Shown in pieces: positions 7,633 to 16,749 of a stretch of DNA of 50,006 bases. A model generated the notes under the pieces. The model ran no database searches. It was not told where the DNA came from and saw nothing but the letters and a program-made list of their open reading frames with translations. The number at the start of each line of letters is the position of its first letter. Within the stretch, counting starts at the first letter, position 1. This DNA comes from a bacterium (lineage in GTDB: Bacteria > Zhuqueibacterota > QNDG01 > JAFGCO01). Made by a program: the position numbers and the translations under genes. The stretch is taken from contig JAFGGN010000117.1 of the NCBI GenBank assembly GCA_016930535.1, positions 1 through 50,006 of the forward strand, in the 5' to 3' direction.

Positions 7633-9654
7633 ATGATCAAGCAAATTCGTTATATTGAAACCATGCCGAGACCGGATAAAAAACCCGAGCTGCTGGTTCC
7701 CTGCGGAAAGCCGGAATCCTTCTGGGCGGCTATGGAAGGCGGTGCGGATGCGGTGTATTTCGGACTGAAGCAGTTCAACGCACGCACCCGCGCCATGAAT
7801 TTCACGCTTCAGGAAATGCATGCGCTCATCGAAGAGGCCCACCGGAGAAAAAAGAAAGCGTACCTGACCCTGAACACGGTCATCACGAACAGGGAACTCC
7901 CTGCGCTTGCCGAAACGCTGGTCCGCGCCGGTGAAACGGACATCGATGGTATCATCGTCCAGGACTGGGGTGTCTGCACGCTGATCCGGAAGCATTTTCC
8001 GGATATCCCGCTGCACGCCAGCACACAGATGGGCATACACAACACGCCGGGAGCGCGGAGCCTTCAGAAACTGGGATTCCGTAGAATCATTTTCGCGCGT
8101 GAACTCACACAGCATGAACTGGCTTCGATACGGCGGAACAACCGTATCGAAATGGAAATCTTCATCCACGGGGCCCTGTGCTATTCGTTCTCGGGCAGCT
8201 GCCTGTTCAGCAGTTATCTGGGCGGATTCAGCGCCAACCGCGGCGCATGCATGCAGCCCTGCAGGCGGAACTATCGGGCGGGCGGGAAAGATGTATTCCC
8301 GTTCAGTCTCAGGGACCTCGAATTGATCGGTCATATTCCGGACCTGATTCGGCTGGGCATCGACGCACTGAAAATCGAGGGCCGCATCAAATCAGCCGAA
8401 TATGCCTATACGGTGGCCAGGGCATACCGGATGGCCATCGATTATCCGGACCGGATCGGTGAGGCAAAGGCGATGCTGAAAGCGGATATGGGACGTGAAA
8501 AAACCGGCTTCTTTATCGGCGGATCCCTGAAATCCGTGATGACCGGGACACCGGCTACGGGCCTGTTGCTGGGCACGGTGCAGGAGGCGGACGGCCGCGG
8601 ATTCTCCGTTCAGACGGATCACCGCATCGAAACAGGAAACCGGCTCCGAATTCAGGATGCACAGAATGAGCTCCGGCACGCCCTCGTTGTCCCGGCCTGC
8701 CGGCGGAAGGGCCATTCTGTTTATATAGAGGCGGGAAAAACACAGGTCCGGTCCGGCGATCGGGTCTACCTTGCATCCACGGGAGGAACCCGGTTTCCCA
8801 CCAAACTGCGTCCCAAGACCTCGATTGTGCCCGGGCCCGTACCGCAGAAAAAAATCCGGGGGGTTCTGTCCGGTATTCACGCCTCGAATCCGTCCGGACC
8901 GCCCCGGTTGTATCTTAGACTGGACGCGCCTGAATGGATACGGCAAATACGGACCGATTCAGCGGAACGGATCATCCTGAAATTCAGCCGGAAAGATTTT
9001 CATGCATTCGATCCGCAAAGCCATGAAACGGCTCCGTTCAGAGAAAAAATCATCATGGAACTGCCCAAATTCATTCCGGAAGCGGATGCGGATCCGTACA
9101 GGGAAACCTGCAGCAGACTGTCTGAAGCCGGAATCCGTCATTTCATGCTGGGTCATTTCACGCAGAAGGAGCTCGTGCCGCGGGAATGCGCGCTCCTCAC
9201 GAACGAGAATGTGTATGCATTCAACGACGCGGCCGTATCCTTTTTAAAGGAAGAAAAAATCGGTGATTTCATCTATCCTTTTGAGAATGACATCGACAAT
9301 TTGTTGAGGGCGAAGGACAAAACCGGCATCGTGCCGCTGTATTTCAGGCCCGAACTGTTTTTTTCACGCACGCCCGTGCACGAGGTTGAAAAGGACGGAA
9401 TTTTTGTCGATTTGAGGAAAAAACGTTTTCAAAAGCGGATCAGGAACGGCATGACCGTTATCCTGCCCGAACATCCCGTGGCCCTTTTCCCGTACAAAAA
9501 CAGGCTGATTCAGTCCGGTTTCCGGAAATTTCTCATCGATCTGTCCTGGCAGGCCCCGTCCGGGATAAAGCTGAAAAAAATACTGGACCATTATCAGGCC
9601 GGTACGCCCATCCCCTCGGCCACGTCGTTCAATTTTAAGAAAGGACTGAAATGA
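7633..9654 (+). CDS. Peptidase U32 family protein (collagenase / RlhA-TrhP-like) with long C-terminal extension
   Basis: N-terminus ELLVPCGKPESFWAAMEGGADAVYFGLKQFNARTRAMNFT...GIIVQDWGV...CYSFSGSCLFSSYLGGFSANRGACMQPCRR is the typical U32 core with its Cys cluster. 673 aa. The start may instead be at 7663. Confidence 0.85.
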   Translation: MIKQIRYIETMPRPDKKPELLVPCGKPESFWAAMEGGADAVYFGLKQFNARTRAMNFTLQEMHALIEEAHRRKKKAYLTLNTVITNRELPALAETLVRAGETDIDGIIVQDWGVCTLIRKHFPDIPLHASTQMGIHNTPGARSLQKLGFRRIIFARELTQHELASIRRNNRIEMEIFIHGALCYSFSGSCLFSSYLGGFSANRGACMQPCRRNYRAGGKDVFPFSLRDLELIGHIPDLIRLGIDALKIEGRIKSAEYAYTVARAYRMAIDYPDRIGEAKAMLKADMGREKTGFFIGGSLKSVMTGTPATGLLLGTVQEADGRGFSVQTDHRIETGNRLRIQDAQNELRHALVVPACRRKGHSVYIEAGKTQVRSGDRVYLASTGGTRFPTKLRPKTSIVPGPVPQKKIRGVLSGIHASNPSGPPRLYLRLDAPEWIRQIRTDSAERIILKFSRKDFHAFDPQSHETAPFREKIIMELPKFIPEADADPYRETCSRLSEAGIRHFMLGHFTQKELVPRECALLTNENVYAFNDAAVSFLKEEKIGDFIYPFENDIDNLLRAKDKTGIVPLYFRPELFFSRTPVHEVEKDGIFVDLRKKRFQKRIRNGMTVILPEHPVALFPYKNRLIQSGFRKFLIDLSWQAPSGIKLKKILDHYQAGTPIPSATSFNFKKGLK

Positions 9655-9656
9655 CA

Positions 9657-9962
9657 GCTGGCAGCGGGCCGCTGGCCGAGAATGCCTCGGAGAAACGGAG
9701 ACGCGGTGAGACGGAGATGTTAACAGCAGATTGCTGACGGAGGACCGAGGACCGCGAAAAATTCCAAAATAGCAAATCACAAATGACAAATAAATAACAA
9801 ATTCCAAAATTCAAATATCCAAACATATTATTTTGACCGCGGATCGCTTGACATGGACGGCCGAGACGGCCGTCCTACATAATATAATTCTCTGTGGTTT
9901 TCTCTATTTTTTTCTCCGTTTCTCTTCCCCTCCGTCTCTCCGTATCCCATTCGGTCCCAATG
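9657..9962 (+). repeat. Mosaic repeat element R2
   Basis: Left arm gaatgcctcggagaaacggagacgcggtgagacggagatg, ggaccg units, caaat-period repeats, hairpin cttgacatggacggccgagacggccgtcc, right arm ttctccgtttctcttcccctccgtctctccg. Confidence 0.8.
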
Positions 9963-9978
9963 ATATCTTAAATATTGC

Positions 9979-11898
9979 TCATTTAAGAAGAACTATTTTC
10001 CCGGCTTTCACCCCGGAAACACTCTCGAGCCTGACAAAATACACACCGCTTTCAAGCTCCGAGGCATCGAAACGGACCTCATGGGCACCCGCGGATTTGA
10101 ATCCCTGCCAGAGGACGCACACCTCTTTGCCGAGCACGTCCGTCACGGTGAGCCGCGCCGGTCCGGACCGGTCCAGCGTATACGAAACGGTCGTGGACGG
10201 ATTGAAGGGATTGGGATAATTGGATCCAAGACCGAATGCCAGGGGCTGCACCGGCTTTTCCGCGATGCCGCTGCCCGTGGATATGGAAAACGGGGGATCG
10301 GATATATCGTAATTGCCGGGATGGCCCGCATCCTGAATCCTGATCAGGCAATTGTCCGACGGATGATCCGATATCAGGAGTCTTCGCGGACCGGGATCCG
10401 GCGACTGGATGACATTCGCCGGCTCCCAGTTCAGACCGCCGTCGAACGAAATATAAATTTCCACATAATTCACGCTGTTGGTCATCCAGGAAACCTTGAG
10501 CGTGTCACCCGGCGCAAAGACCTCCCTGCAGTCCGGCCAGTCGAGTGTATCCAGCAGCAGCCATGGAGGATCGCAACACCATGACATTAACACAACCGTT
10601 CCGAACCGCCAGGGTTCCCGCCAGGTCATATTGTCCGATCCCCACCACCGTATCATGTTCTCGCGGATTTCGTTGTCGCGGTCGTTTACCTGGACCTCGA
10701 ATCCGATTTCCAAATCAGGATCCTGAATTATATTCAGATCGGCGAAGGGAATTGCCAGTTCCAGGACATATCCAAATCCCCCCTCAAGTTCTCCCCAGGA
10801 GAACACATTGTTTTCCGTCCCGCCGGAAGCTTCCCCCCACACGTACCGGAGCTGGACATCGTCCACACCGTCAAACACATCGCCCTTGCTGTTATCCCCG
10901 TCGAAATACAGTTCCACGCTGTCGTTTTCCCAGGCATTCGCGCCCGACACACTGATCTCATCGTCGATCACCTCGATCCATAAAAAAAAGAAATCGGAAT
11001 CCCACATCATGCGGAATTCCATCTGCAGGTCCCGCCAGTCCTCGATTTCCGTATAGCTGCCGTCTACGACATCATCATTCGTGAACACGTACGTACAGGA
11101 TTCGATCACGTAAGATTCATCGGCCCAGACAGCATCCATTATACCGTCTATCTCAGGCGCCTCCGATGTACCGAGAACGCTCGACGCATCATCCGCTGTA
11201 AAAAAAGTCAGTTCCGCCTCACCCCATATATGGGCCCAGTGCCAGGCATCGTTCGAATCACCCCACCAGCGGAACATGTTCTCCCGGGCCTCGTTATCCC
11301 GGTCATTGATCTGAATCTCGAATCCGAATACACTGCCTGCTTCTGAATCGACTTCGATGTTTGCCAGTGGAAACGCCGCTTCGATAATATACCCGTATGC
11401 ATCACCGTCCGGATTCTCCCAGTCCGCCACCGCGAATACGGTGCCGTCCGGGCAGTTGTCCACGCCCGATGCATCCGTGTCCTGATACTCGATGCGCACC
11501 TGCACGTCATCCACGCCGTCGAAGGCCTCGACCACCTTCGAATTGTCCCCGTCGAAAAAATACTCCACGCTGTCGTTCTCGTACGAATTGGACGAGGAAG
11601 AACTGATCTCGTCGTCCACCACCTTCACGAACACGTAGAGATTTTCATAATCCCAGAGAAGCCTGGCCGCAGCGAAGAGGTCCAGGTAACTGTCCGGAGG
11701 CGCCGCATCGTCCCGGTTCAGCACAACAACCCGCTCCGTGGAAGCGGACCAGTAGAGTTTGTCCATATCCCCGTCGATCACGGGCGGATCCGCGGCATAA
11801 TAAACCTGCCACACGCCGTCTTTTACATGGGCGGACAGGTTCATACAAACCACGATGCCCAGGAGCACGATAGCAATCCGGTGTTTTCCGTTCATCAT
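9979..11898 (-). CDS. T9SS cargo protein with tandem CBM9-like carbohydrate-binding domains and Por C-terminal sorting domain
   Basis: Start MMNGKHRIAIVLLGIVVCMNLSA with signal peptide and RBS aggaa. The ORF track's extra 46 aa upstream run through repeat R3 and are spurious. Two CBM9-like units (YENDSVEYFFDGDNSK / WENDSVELYFDGDNSKG). C-terminus NPFNPSTTVSYTL...GVYFVRLESVSGVKAGKIVLLK. Confidence 0.85.
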   Translation of the reverse strand: MMNGKHRIAIVLLGIVVCMNLSAHVKDGVWQVYYAADPPVIDGDMDKLYWSASTERVVVLNRDDAAPPDSYLDLFAAARLLWDYENLYVFVKVVDDEISSSSSNSYENDSVEYFFDGDNSKVVEAFDGVDDVQVRIEYQDTDASGVDNCPDGTVFAVADWENPDGDAYGYIIEAAFPLANIEVDSEAGSVFGFEIQINDRDNEARENMFRWWGDSNDAWHWAHIWGEAELTFFTADDASSVLGTSEAPEIDGIMDAVWADESYVIESCTYVFTNDDVVDGSYTEIEDWRDLQMEFRMMWDSDFFFLWIEVIDDEISVSGANAWENDSVELYFDGDNSKGDVFDGVDDVQLRYVWGEASGGTENNVFSWGELEGGFGYVLELAIPFADLNIIQDPDLEIGFEVQVNDRDNEIRENMIRWWGSDNMTWREPWRFGTVVLMSWCCDPPWLLLDTLDWPDCREVFAPGDTLKVSWMTNSVNYVEIYISFDGGLNWEPANVIQSPDPGPRRLLISDHPSDNCLIRIQDAGHPGNYDISDPPFSISTGSGIAEKPVQPLAFGLGSNYPNPFNPSTTVSYTLDRSGPARLTVTDVLGKEVCVLWQGFKSAGAHEVRFDASELESGVYFVRLESVSGVKAGKIVLLK

Positions 11899-11917
11899 GT
11901 ATTCCTTTCGGTTGAAA

Positions 11918-12128
11918 TGGACCGCGGACGGCAAGACTGCGGACCGCAAATGCTTCGGAGAAACGGAGACACGGTGAAACGGAGAAAAAAACCGAGCAGG
12001 ATTAAACCGATGAATCTTTGATTCTCCGTTTCTCATTCTCTCCGAGGCCCCGTTTCACACTCCGCCCCAACGACTTCTTTAATCTTGCCTCTTTGTTCTT
12101 CGTTCTTTGGTCTTTGTTCTTTATTTTA
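11918..12128 (+). repeat. Mosaic repeat element R3
   Basis: gaccgcggacggcaagactgcggaccgc, then gcttcggagaaacggagacacggtgaaacggagaaaaaaa, then ttctccgtttctcattctctccgaggccccgtttcacactccgccccaacgac, then ctttgtt/ctttggt heptamers. Confidence 0.8.
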
Positions 12129-14034
12129 AAAGGATGATTTTCCCTGTCTTCACCCCCGCCCCGCTCTCGAGCCTGACAAAATACATACCGCTTTCAAGCC
12201 CCGAGGCATTGAACCGGGTCTTATACGAGCCCGGGAACTTGAATCCCTCATCGATGACGGCCACTTCCCTGCCCAGCAGATCCGTTACTGTGAGCCGCGC
12301 CGGTCCGGACCGGTCCAGCGTATACGAAACGGTTGTGGACGGATTGAAGGGATTCGGATAATTGGGCCCGAGACCGAATGCCCGCGGTCCTTCCGGACCG
12401 TTGACAGAAGTGACGATCGTAATTGGCGTGGTGACCGATTGTTGAAATGACGGATCATCGTGATCGACGAATTTGACCAGGCATTCGTTTGTCGTGCGGT
12501 CCGGGACAATCATGATGCAGTCGCCAAAGGCCGGCAACGCAGTACCGACCTGCTCCCAATCGAGACCGTTATTGAAGGAAATAAATATATCGATCGAATG
12601 GACATAATTCGAATCCCAGGAAAATTTCAGTGTATCGCCCGCTGCAAACGTTTCACCGCCATCCGGCTCGAATATCGAAATATATTTGAAATTAAAGGGA
12701 TCCGGCGGACAACCGGTGTAAAAAACAAGCGTACCAAACAGAGACGGATCGTTCCAGCTCATTATATTGGAGCTCCACCAGCGAATGATATTTTCCCGCT
12801 TTTCATGATCCCGGTCGTTCACATGCAGCTCAAATCCGACAACTTCATCACCCCCCAATCCGAACGGCAGATCCTGACGTGGAATTTTCAGCTCGAAGGT
12901 ATATCCCTCGAGTGAATCGAGCCGGCCCCAGGCATATTCATTGTTTTCCGTTCCGTCCGAGTCGCCGGTCCATGTATAATGCAGCCACATGTCGTTGTCA
13001 TCCCATTGACGGTTTTTTTCATTGCCCCCATCGAAAAAAAGCTCGATACAGTCATTCTCCCACCAGTTCGGGCTGGAAATACTGATTTCGTCATCGATCA
13101 CCTCGACCCACAGATACAGCGCATCGTAATTATGCATGACGCGGAATTCCATCTGCAGGTCTTCCCAGTCCAGAATTTCGGTATACGTACATCCCGGTAC
13201 GTCACAATTAGAGAAAACATACGTTCCCGACTCTATTGCAGGGGCATAATCGAACCAGTCATCGTCCAGGATGCCGTCGATTTCAGGATCCGGGGCCTGC
13301 CATTCCGAATGGAGCACATCGTCGGCCTCGAAAAAATTCAGTTCCGCCTCCCCCCAGAGATTGGCCATGTGCCAGGCGTCATTCGATTCACCCCACCAGC
13401 GGAACATGTTCTCGCGCATCCCGTTGTCCCGGTCGTTGATCTGAATTTCCCACCCGAAAACCGTGCCGGCCGATGCCTCGATATTCACGCTGGCCAGGGG
13501 AAACGCCGCCTCGATCGCATAACCGAACGCAAGCCCCTCAAGATTTTCCCAGTCCGCCACTGCGAACTCCGTGCCTTCAGGGCATTCATTCACTCCGGAC
13601 GGATCCGTATCCTGATACTCGATACGCACCTGTACGTCATCCACGCCGTCGAAAGCCTCGATCACCTTCGAATTGTCTCCGTCGAAAAAATACTCCACAC
13701 TGTCGTTCTCGTATGAATTGGACGAAGAAGAACTGATCTCGTCGTCCACCACCTTGACGAACACATACAGATACGTTTCATCCCACATCAACCGGGCCTC
13801 GGCAAACAGGTCCAGATAGCTGTCCGGAGATGCTGCATCCTCCCTGTCCTGCCTGATGACACGCTCTGTGGAGGCGCACTTATACAAATCGTCCATCTTC
13901 CCGTCGATCACGGGCGGATACGCGGCCTGCGGAATCTGCCATACGCCGTCTTTGACATGGGAAAACAGACTCAATGCTGAAAAAAAGCATAAAACCGTTA
14001 TCCATCTGTGAAACGAACGCATCGGTCTCTCCAT
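12121..14034 (-). CDS. T9SS cargo protein, paralog of 9979-11898 (CBM9-like domains plus Por CTD)
   Basis: 637 aa. Same domain order and near-identical motifs (HVKDGVWQ, YENDSVEYFFDGDNSKV, C-terminal ...GMYFVRLESGAGVKTGKIILLK). Confidence 0.85.
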   Translation of the reverse strand: MERPMRSFHRWITVLCFFSALSLFSHVKDGVWQIPQAAYPPVIDGKMDDLYKCASTERVIRQDREDAASPDSYLDLFAEARLMWDETYLYVFVKVVDDEISSSSSNSYENDSVEYFFDGDNSKVIEAFDGVDDVQVRIEYQDTDPSGVNECPEGTEFAVADWENLEGLAFGYAIEAAFPLASVNIEASAGTVFGWEIQINDRDNGMRENMFRWWGESNDAWHMANLWGEAELNFFEADDVLHSEWQAPDPEIDGILDDDWFDYAPAIESGTYVFSNCDVPGCTYTEILDWEDLQMEFRVMHNYDALYLWVEVIDDEISISSPNWWENDCIELFFDGGNEKNRQWDDNDMWLHYTWTGDSDGTENNEYAWGRLDSLEGYTFELKIPRQDLPFGLGGDEVVGFELHVNDRDHEKRENIIRWWSSNIMSWNDPSLFGTLVFYTGCPPDPFNFKYISIFEPDGGETFAAGDTLKFSWDSNYVHSIDIFISFNNGLDWEQVGTALPAFGDCIMIVPDRTTNECLVKFVDHDDPSFQQSVTTPITIVTSVNGPEGPRAFGLGPNYPNPFNPSTTVSYTLDRSGPARLTVTDLLGREVAVIDEGFKFPGSYKTRFNASGLESGMYFVRLESGAGVKTGKIILLK

Positions 14035-14170
14035 TCAGACAGAGGGATCATGAAAATAATGAAGCAGGGGATTATTTCAAACAATATAGGAAATTTAACA
14101 GTGAATTACAATAATGAAGGTCAAAATGTATTGACCGGACCGGGCTCCCTGAACGGATTGGCCGGCTCCG

Positions 14171-16564
14171 CTATTGATCGATCAGGATGAATTTGGCCAG
14201 CATCTGCTGTTCGCTCTGGGACATGGATTCGAGGGCCTGCGCCAGTTCCGCGGCCACGTGCAGCTGTTCGGACATTTCCCTGGTCAGCGTATTCACCTGC
14301 TCGACCGCGGCCATGTTGTTCTCGCTCAGGTCAGAGACATTCTTCATGGCCTCTCCCACTTTATGGGACGATGCCTGCATCTTCTCCATGGCATTTGCAA
14401 TGTTCTGCATGCGTTGTTTGTCCAGTTTGACGAGATGCTGAATCTTGTTCAGTGCGCTCATGGCCGAATCCGTAAGTTTTGTGGATTCCCTCATCTTGCC
14501 GAGGCCATCGTTCATTACTTTTTCCACCCGGGAAATGGAACCCTGCACCGTGTTGATCAGCGTGGCGACTTCCGTGGTCGCATCCGACGTACTTTTTGCC
14601 AGGGACCGGATTTCACGGGCCACGACCATAAAGCCGTGCCCGAATTCGCCGGCCTTCGTGGCTTCGATGGCCGCGTTCAGCGCCAGCACGTTCACCCTGG
14701 AGGCGATATCATTGATCAGCTCGACCACATCGTCGATACGCTCCGAATTCTTGCCCAGATCTTCCACGATGCTCCAGGTATCCGAGACCGATTCTTCGAT
14801 CACTTTCATGGTCTTGAGTGTTTCGTTCATGGCTTCGGTACCCGAATTCACAGCCTGGGTCGTGTTCTCCGTAGCTTTGGCGCTTCTTTCGGCATCCCTG
14901 CTGACCCTGTCGATCTCGTTCATCAGGTCCTGAAGTTCGTCTCCCGTGTCCTCGACATGCTTGTTCTGTTTTTCTGTTCCCTCGGCCATATTGTTCATGG
15001 CTTCCTTGATCTGCGCAGTGGCCTCGCTGGTCTGATACGTGCTGCTGGCCAGGTTTTCACTTAAGCCCATGAGGCTGGCGGCCTGTTCCGCAATCGTATA
15101 CACCATCCCGCGCAGGCTGAGGGGATCGCTGTTGTACAATCCGACGGCAATGCCATGTTCCACAGCCCTGTTCAGATACGGGATAAAGGATTTCTGGGGC
15201 GCCATGGTGACAAAACCGTCATAACGCTGCTCGATCAGCGCATCGATCACGGGCCCGTAAATTTCGATGGTGATATCGTTGACCCGGTGCACCTCTTTCG
15301 GCGCATACACATCGATGGTGACATCGTGCTTGTCCAGTGTCCGCATCGCTTCCTTGACGCCTGTCAGAATGGATATCCAGAACGCGGTATCGTCCCGGCC
15401 AAGCACCGCGATACGGAGGGGACGCGGCGCCTTGTCGATGAGCGGCTTGGCCATCTTGGCACGCAGATGATCCGAAAAAACCATGCCCGTGGTTTCATTC
15501 CAGAACAGCTTGTAATTGTCCCTGTTCACCTCTTCCATGTCCGTGAGAAGAAGCGGCATGGGAGGCTTCCATCCGGTTGCCAGATGATTGTACATATGAA
15601 TGACCGGGTTATACCCCTGTGCGAACGAGTTCTGGCTCAGTGTGGCCGTGATCACGCCCTCTTTCACCCAGCGCATGGTATCGTCCATCAGATCATGGCA
15701 GACCACCTTGACCTGACTGGCCCTTTCCCTGGCGACCAGGGCCTTGGCAAACTGGGCCGGCGGTGATCCGCACGCGATATAAATACCGGCCAGATCCGGA
15801 TGTTTTTCCAGTACATCGAGGCCCGCCTGATAGGCCTTGCCGCCTCCGGCGGAAGCCTCCACAAAATCGACCACTTTCACATCGGGGTATTTTTCACGGA
15901 TGGCATTGAGAAATCCGCGGCGCCTCAGATCCAGGTTCGTTGCGGAAAAAGACTCCGCCGTCACCACGACCTGCCCCTTTCCCCCCAGAATACGGCCCAT
16001 GATTTCCCCGCAACGCCTGCCTTCCAGAAACGAATCCGCACCCACGTAAAAAAGCCGCTTGCACGGAATGCCCGTGATGTTGTTGAATGCCTGTGCCGCA
16101 TCGTTCAGACCCCGGATCAAATTGTTGAATATATCGGCCATATGAACGAGATCCGACTGGATCCGTGTGTCGAGCGGCTTTGTTGTAAAATGCATCTGAC
16201 GGGAAAAATTTCCCTGGGACAGTTCTGCAAGACCGCCCGACAGGGCCGGCATTTGTTCAGAGGCCAATGCCTGCCCGGTCTGCATTATTTGTCTGGAGGG
16301 GCGCATCTGAAGATGATGCATCAGCCAGAACAGGGCCAGCATCAGTATGCCGTAACCCAGAAACAGTCCCGTGACGATGTACGATATCCGGACCGATTCC
16401 GCATTTTCATTGAGAAATTCTGCCTGAATCCATGAAAAAGTCCGGATGCCGGCGAAAACAAACAGGCCGAAAACAACAAGTGCGATATAATGTATTCTAA
16501 AATCAATGAAATGCTGAACCCACTTCGAGCGCATTGTCTTCTCCTTAAACGCCTGAAAAATCAC
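14171..16564 (-). CDS. Methyl-accepting chemotaxis protein with two cytoplasmic PBP1 (LacI/RbsB-type sugar-binding) domains
   Basis: Two TM helices separated by a ~19-aa loop, so no periplasmic ligand-binding domain. A HAMP-like segment follows. Two periplasmic-binding-protein type-1 folds (e.g. KVVCHDLMDDTMRWVKEGVITATLSQNSFAQG). The C-terminal MCP signalling domain is present (NVLALNAAIEATKAGEFGHGFMVVAREIRSLA). Confidence 0.85.
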   Translation of the reverse strand: MIFQAFKEKTMRSKWVQHFIDFRIHYIALVVFGLFVFAGIRTFSWIQAEFLNENAESVRISYIVTGLFLGYGILMLALFWLMHHLQMRPSRQIMQTGQALASEQMPALSGGLAELSQGNFSRQMHFTTKPLDTRIQSDLVHMADIFNNLIRGLNDAAQAFNNITGIPCKRLFYVGADSFLEGRRCGEIMGRILGGKGQVVVTAESFSATNLDLRRRGFLNAIREKYPDVKVVDFVEASAGGGKAYQAGLDVLEKHPDLAGIYIACGSPPAQFAKALVARERASQVKVVCHDLMDDTMRWVKEGVITATLSQNSFAQGYNPVIHMYNHLATGWKPPMPLLLTDMEEVNRDNYKLFWNETTGMVFSDHLRAKMAKPLIDKAPRPLRIAVLGRDDTAFWISILTGVKEAMRTLDKHDVTIDVYAPKEVHRVNDITIEIYGPVIDALIEQRYDGFVTMAPQKSFIPYLNRAVEHGIAVGLYNSDPLSLRGMVYTIAEQAASLMGLSENLASSTYQTSEATAQIKEAMNNMAEGTEKQNKHVEDTGDELQDLMNEIDRVSRDAERSAKATENTTQAVNSGTEAMNETLKTMKVIEESVSDTWSIVEDLGKNSERIDDVVELINDIASRVNVLALNAAIEATKAGEFGHGFMVVAREIRSLAKSTSDATTEVATLINTVQGSISRVEKVMNDGLGKMRESTKLTDSAMSALNKIQHLVKLDKQRMQNIANAMEKMQASSHKVGEAMKNVSDLSENNMAAVEQVNTLTREMSEQLHVAAELAQALESMSQSEQQMLAKFILIDQ

Positions 16565-16749
16565 GCGTGGACGCTATAAAACCGTATTTACCCTCTTTTC
16601 AGGACAATAAATCAAGGAAACAAATGCAATAATTTTGCCAAAGCAGAACAATCGGTGCTGTTTATTTTATTATATGTAACATCCTCTTAAAATTCAGCAA
16701 ATTTTGCGGGATTTCATCCGTTCGCAAAGCCCGGTATTTCAAAAAGAAA

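Noticed and set aside
9833-10584. Plus-strand ORFs 9833-10219 and 10081-10584, and other short ORFs inside 9979-14034
   Set aside because: Antisense to, or out of frame with, the two T9SS CBM9-like genes, which have clear signal peptides, domains and Por CTDs.
11899-12036. 46-aa N-terminal extension of the 9979 gene (MRNGESKIHRFNPARFFSPFHRVSVSPKHLRSAV...)
   Set aside because: It reads through repeat R3. The internal MMNGKHRIAIVLLG start has an RBS and a signal peptide.
14174-16435. Plus-strand ORFs 14174-15064, 14445-14933, 15155-15766 and 15800-16435
   Set aside because: All are antisense to the MCP gene, whose domains are contiguous and conserved.
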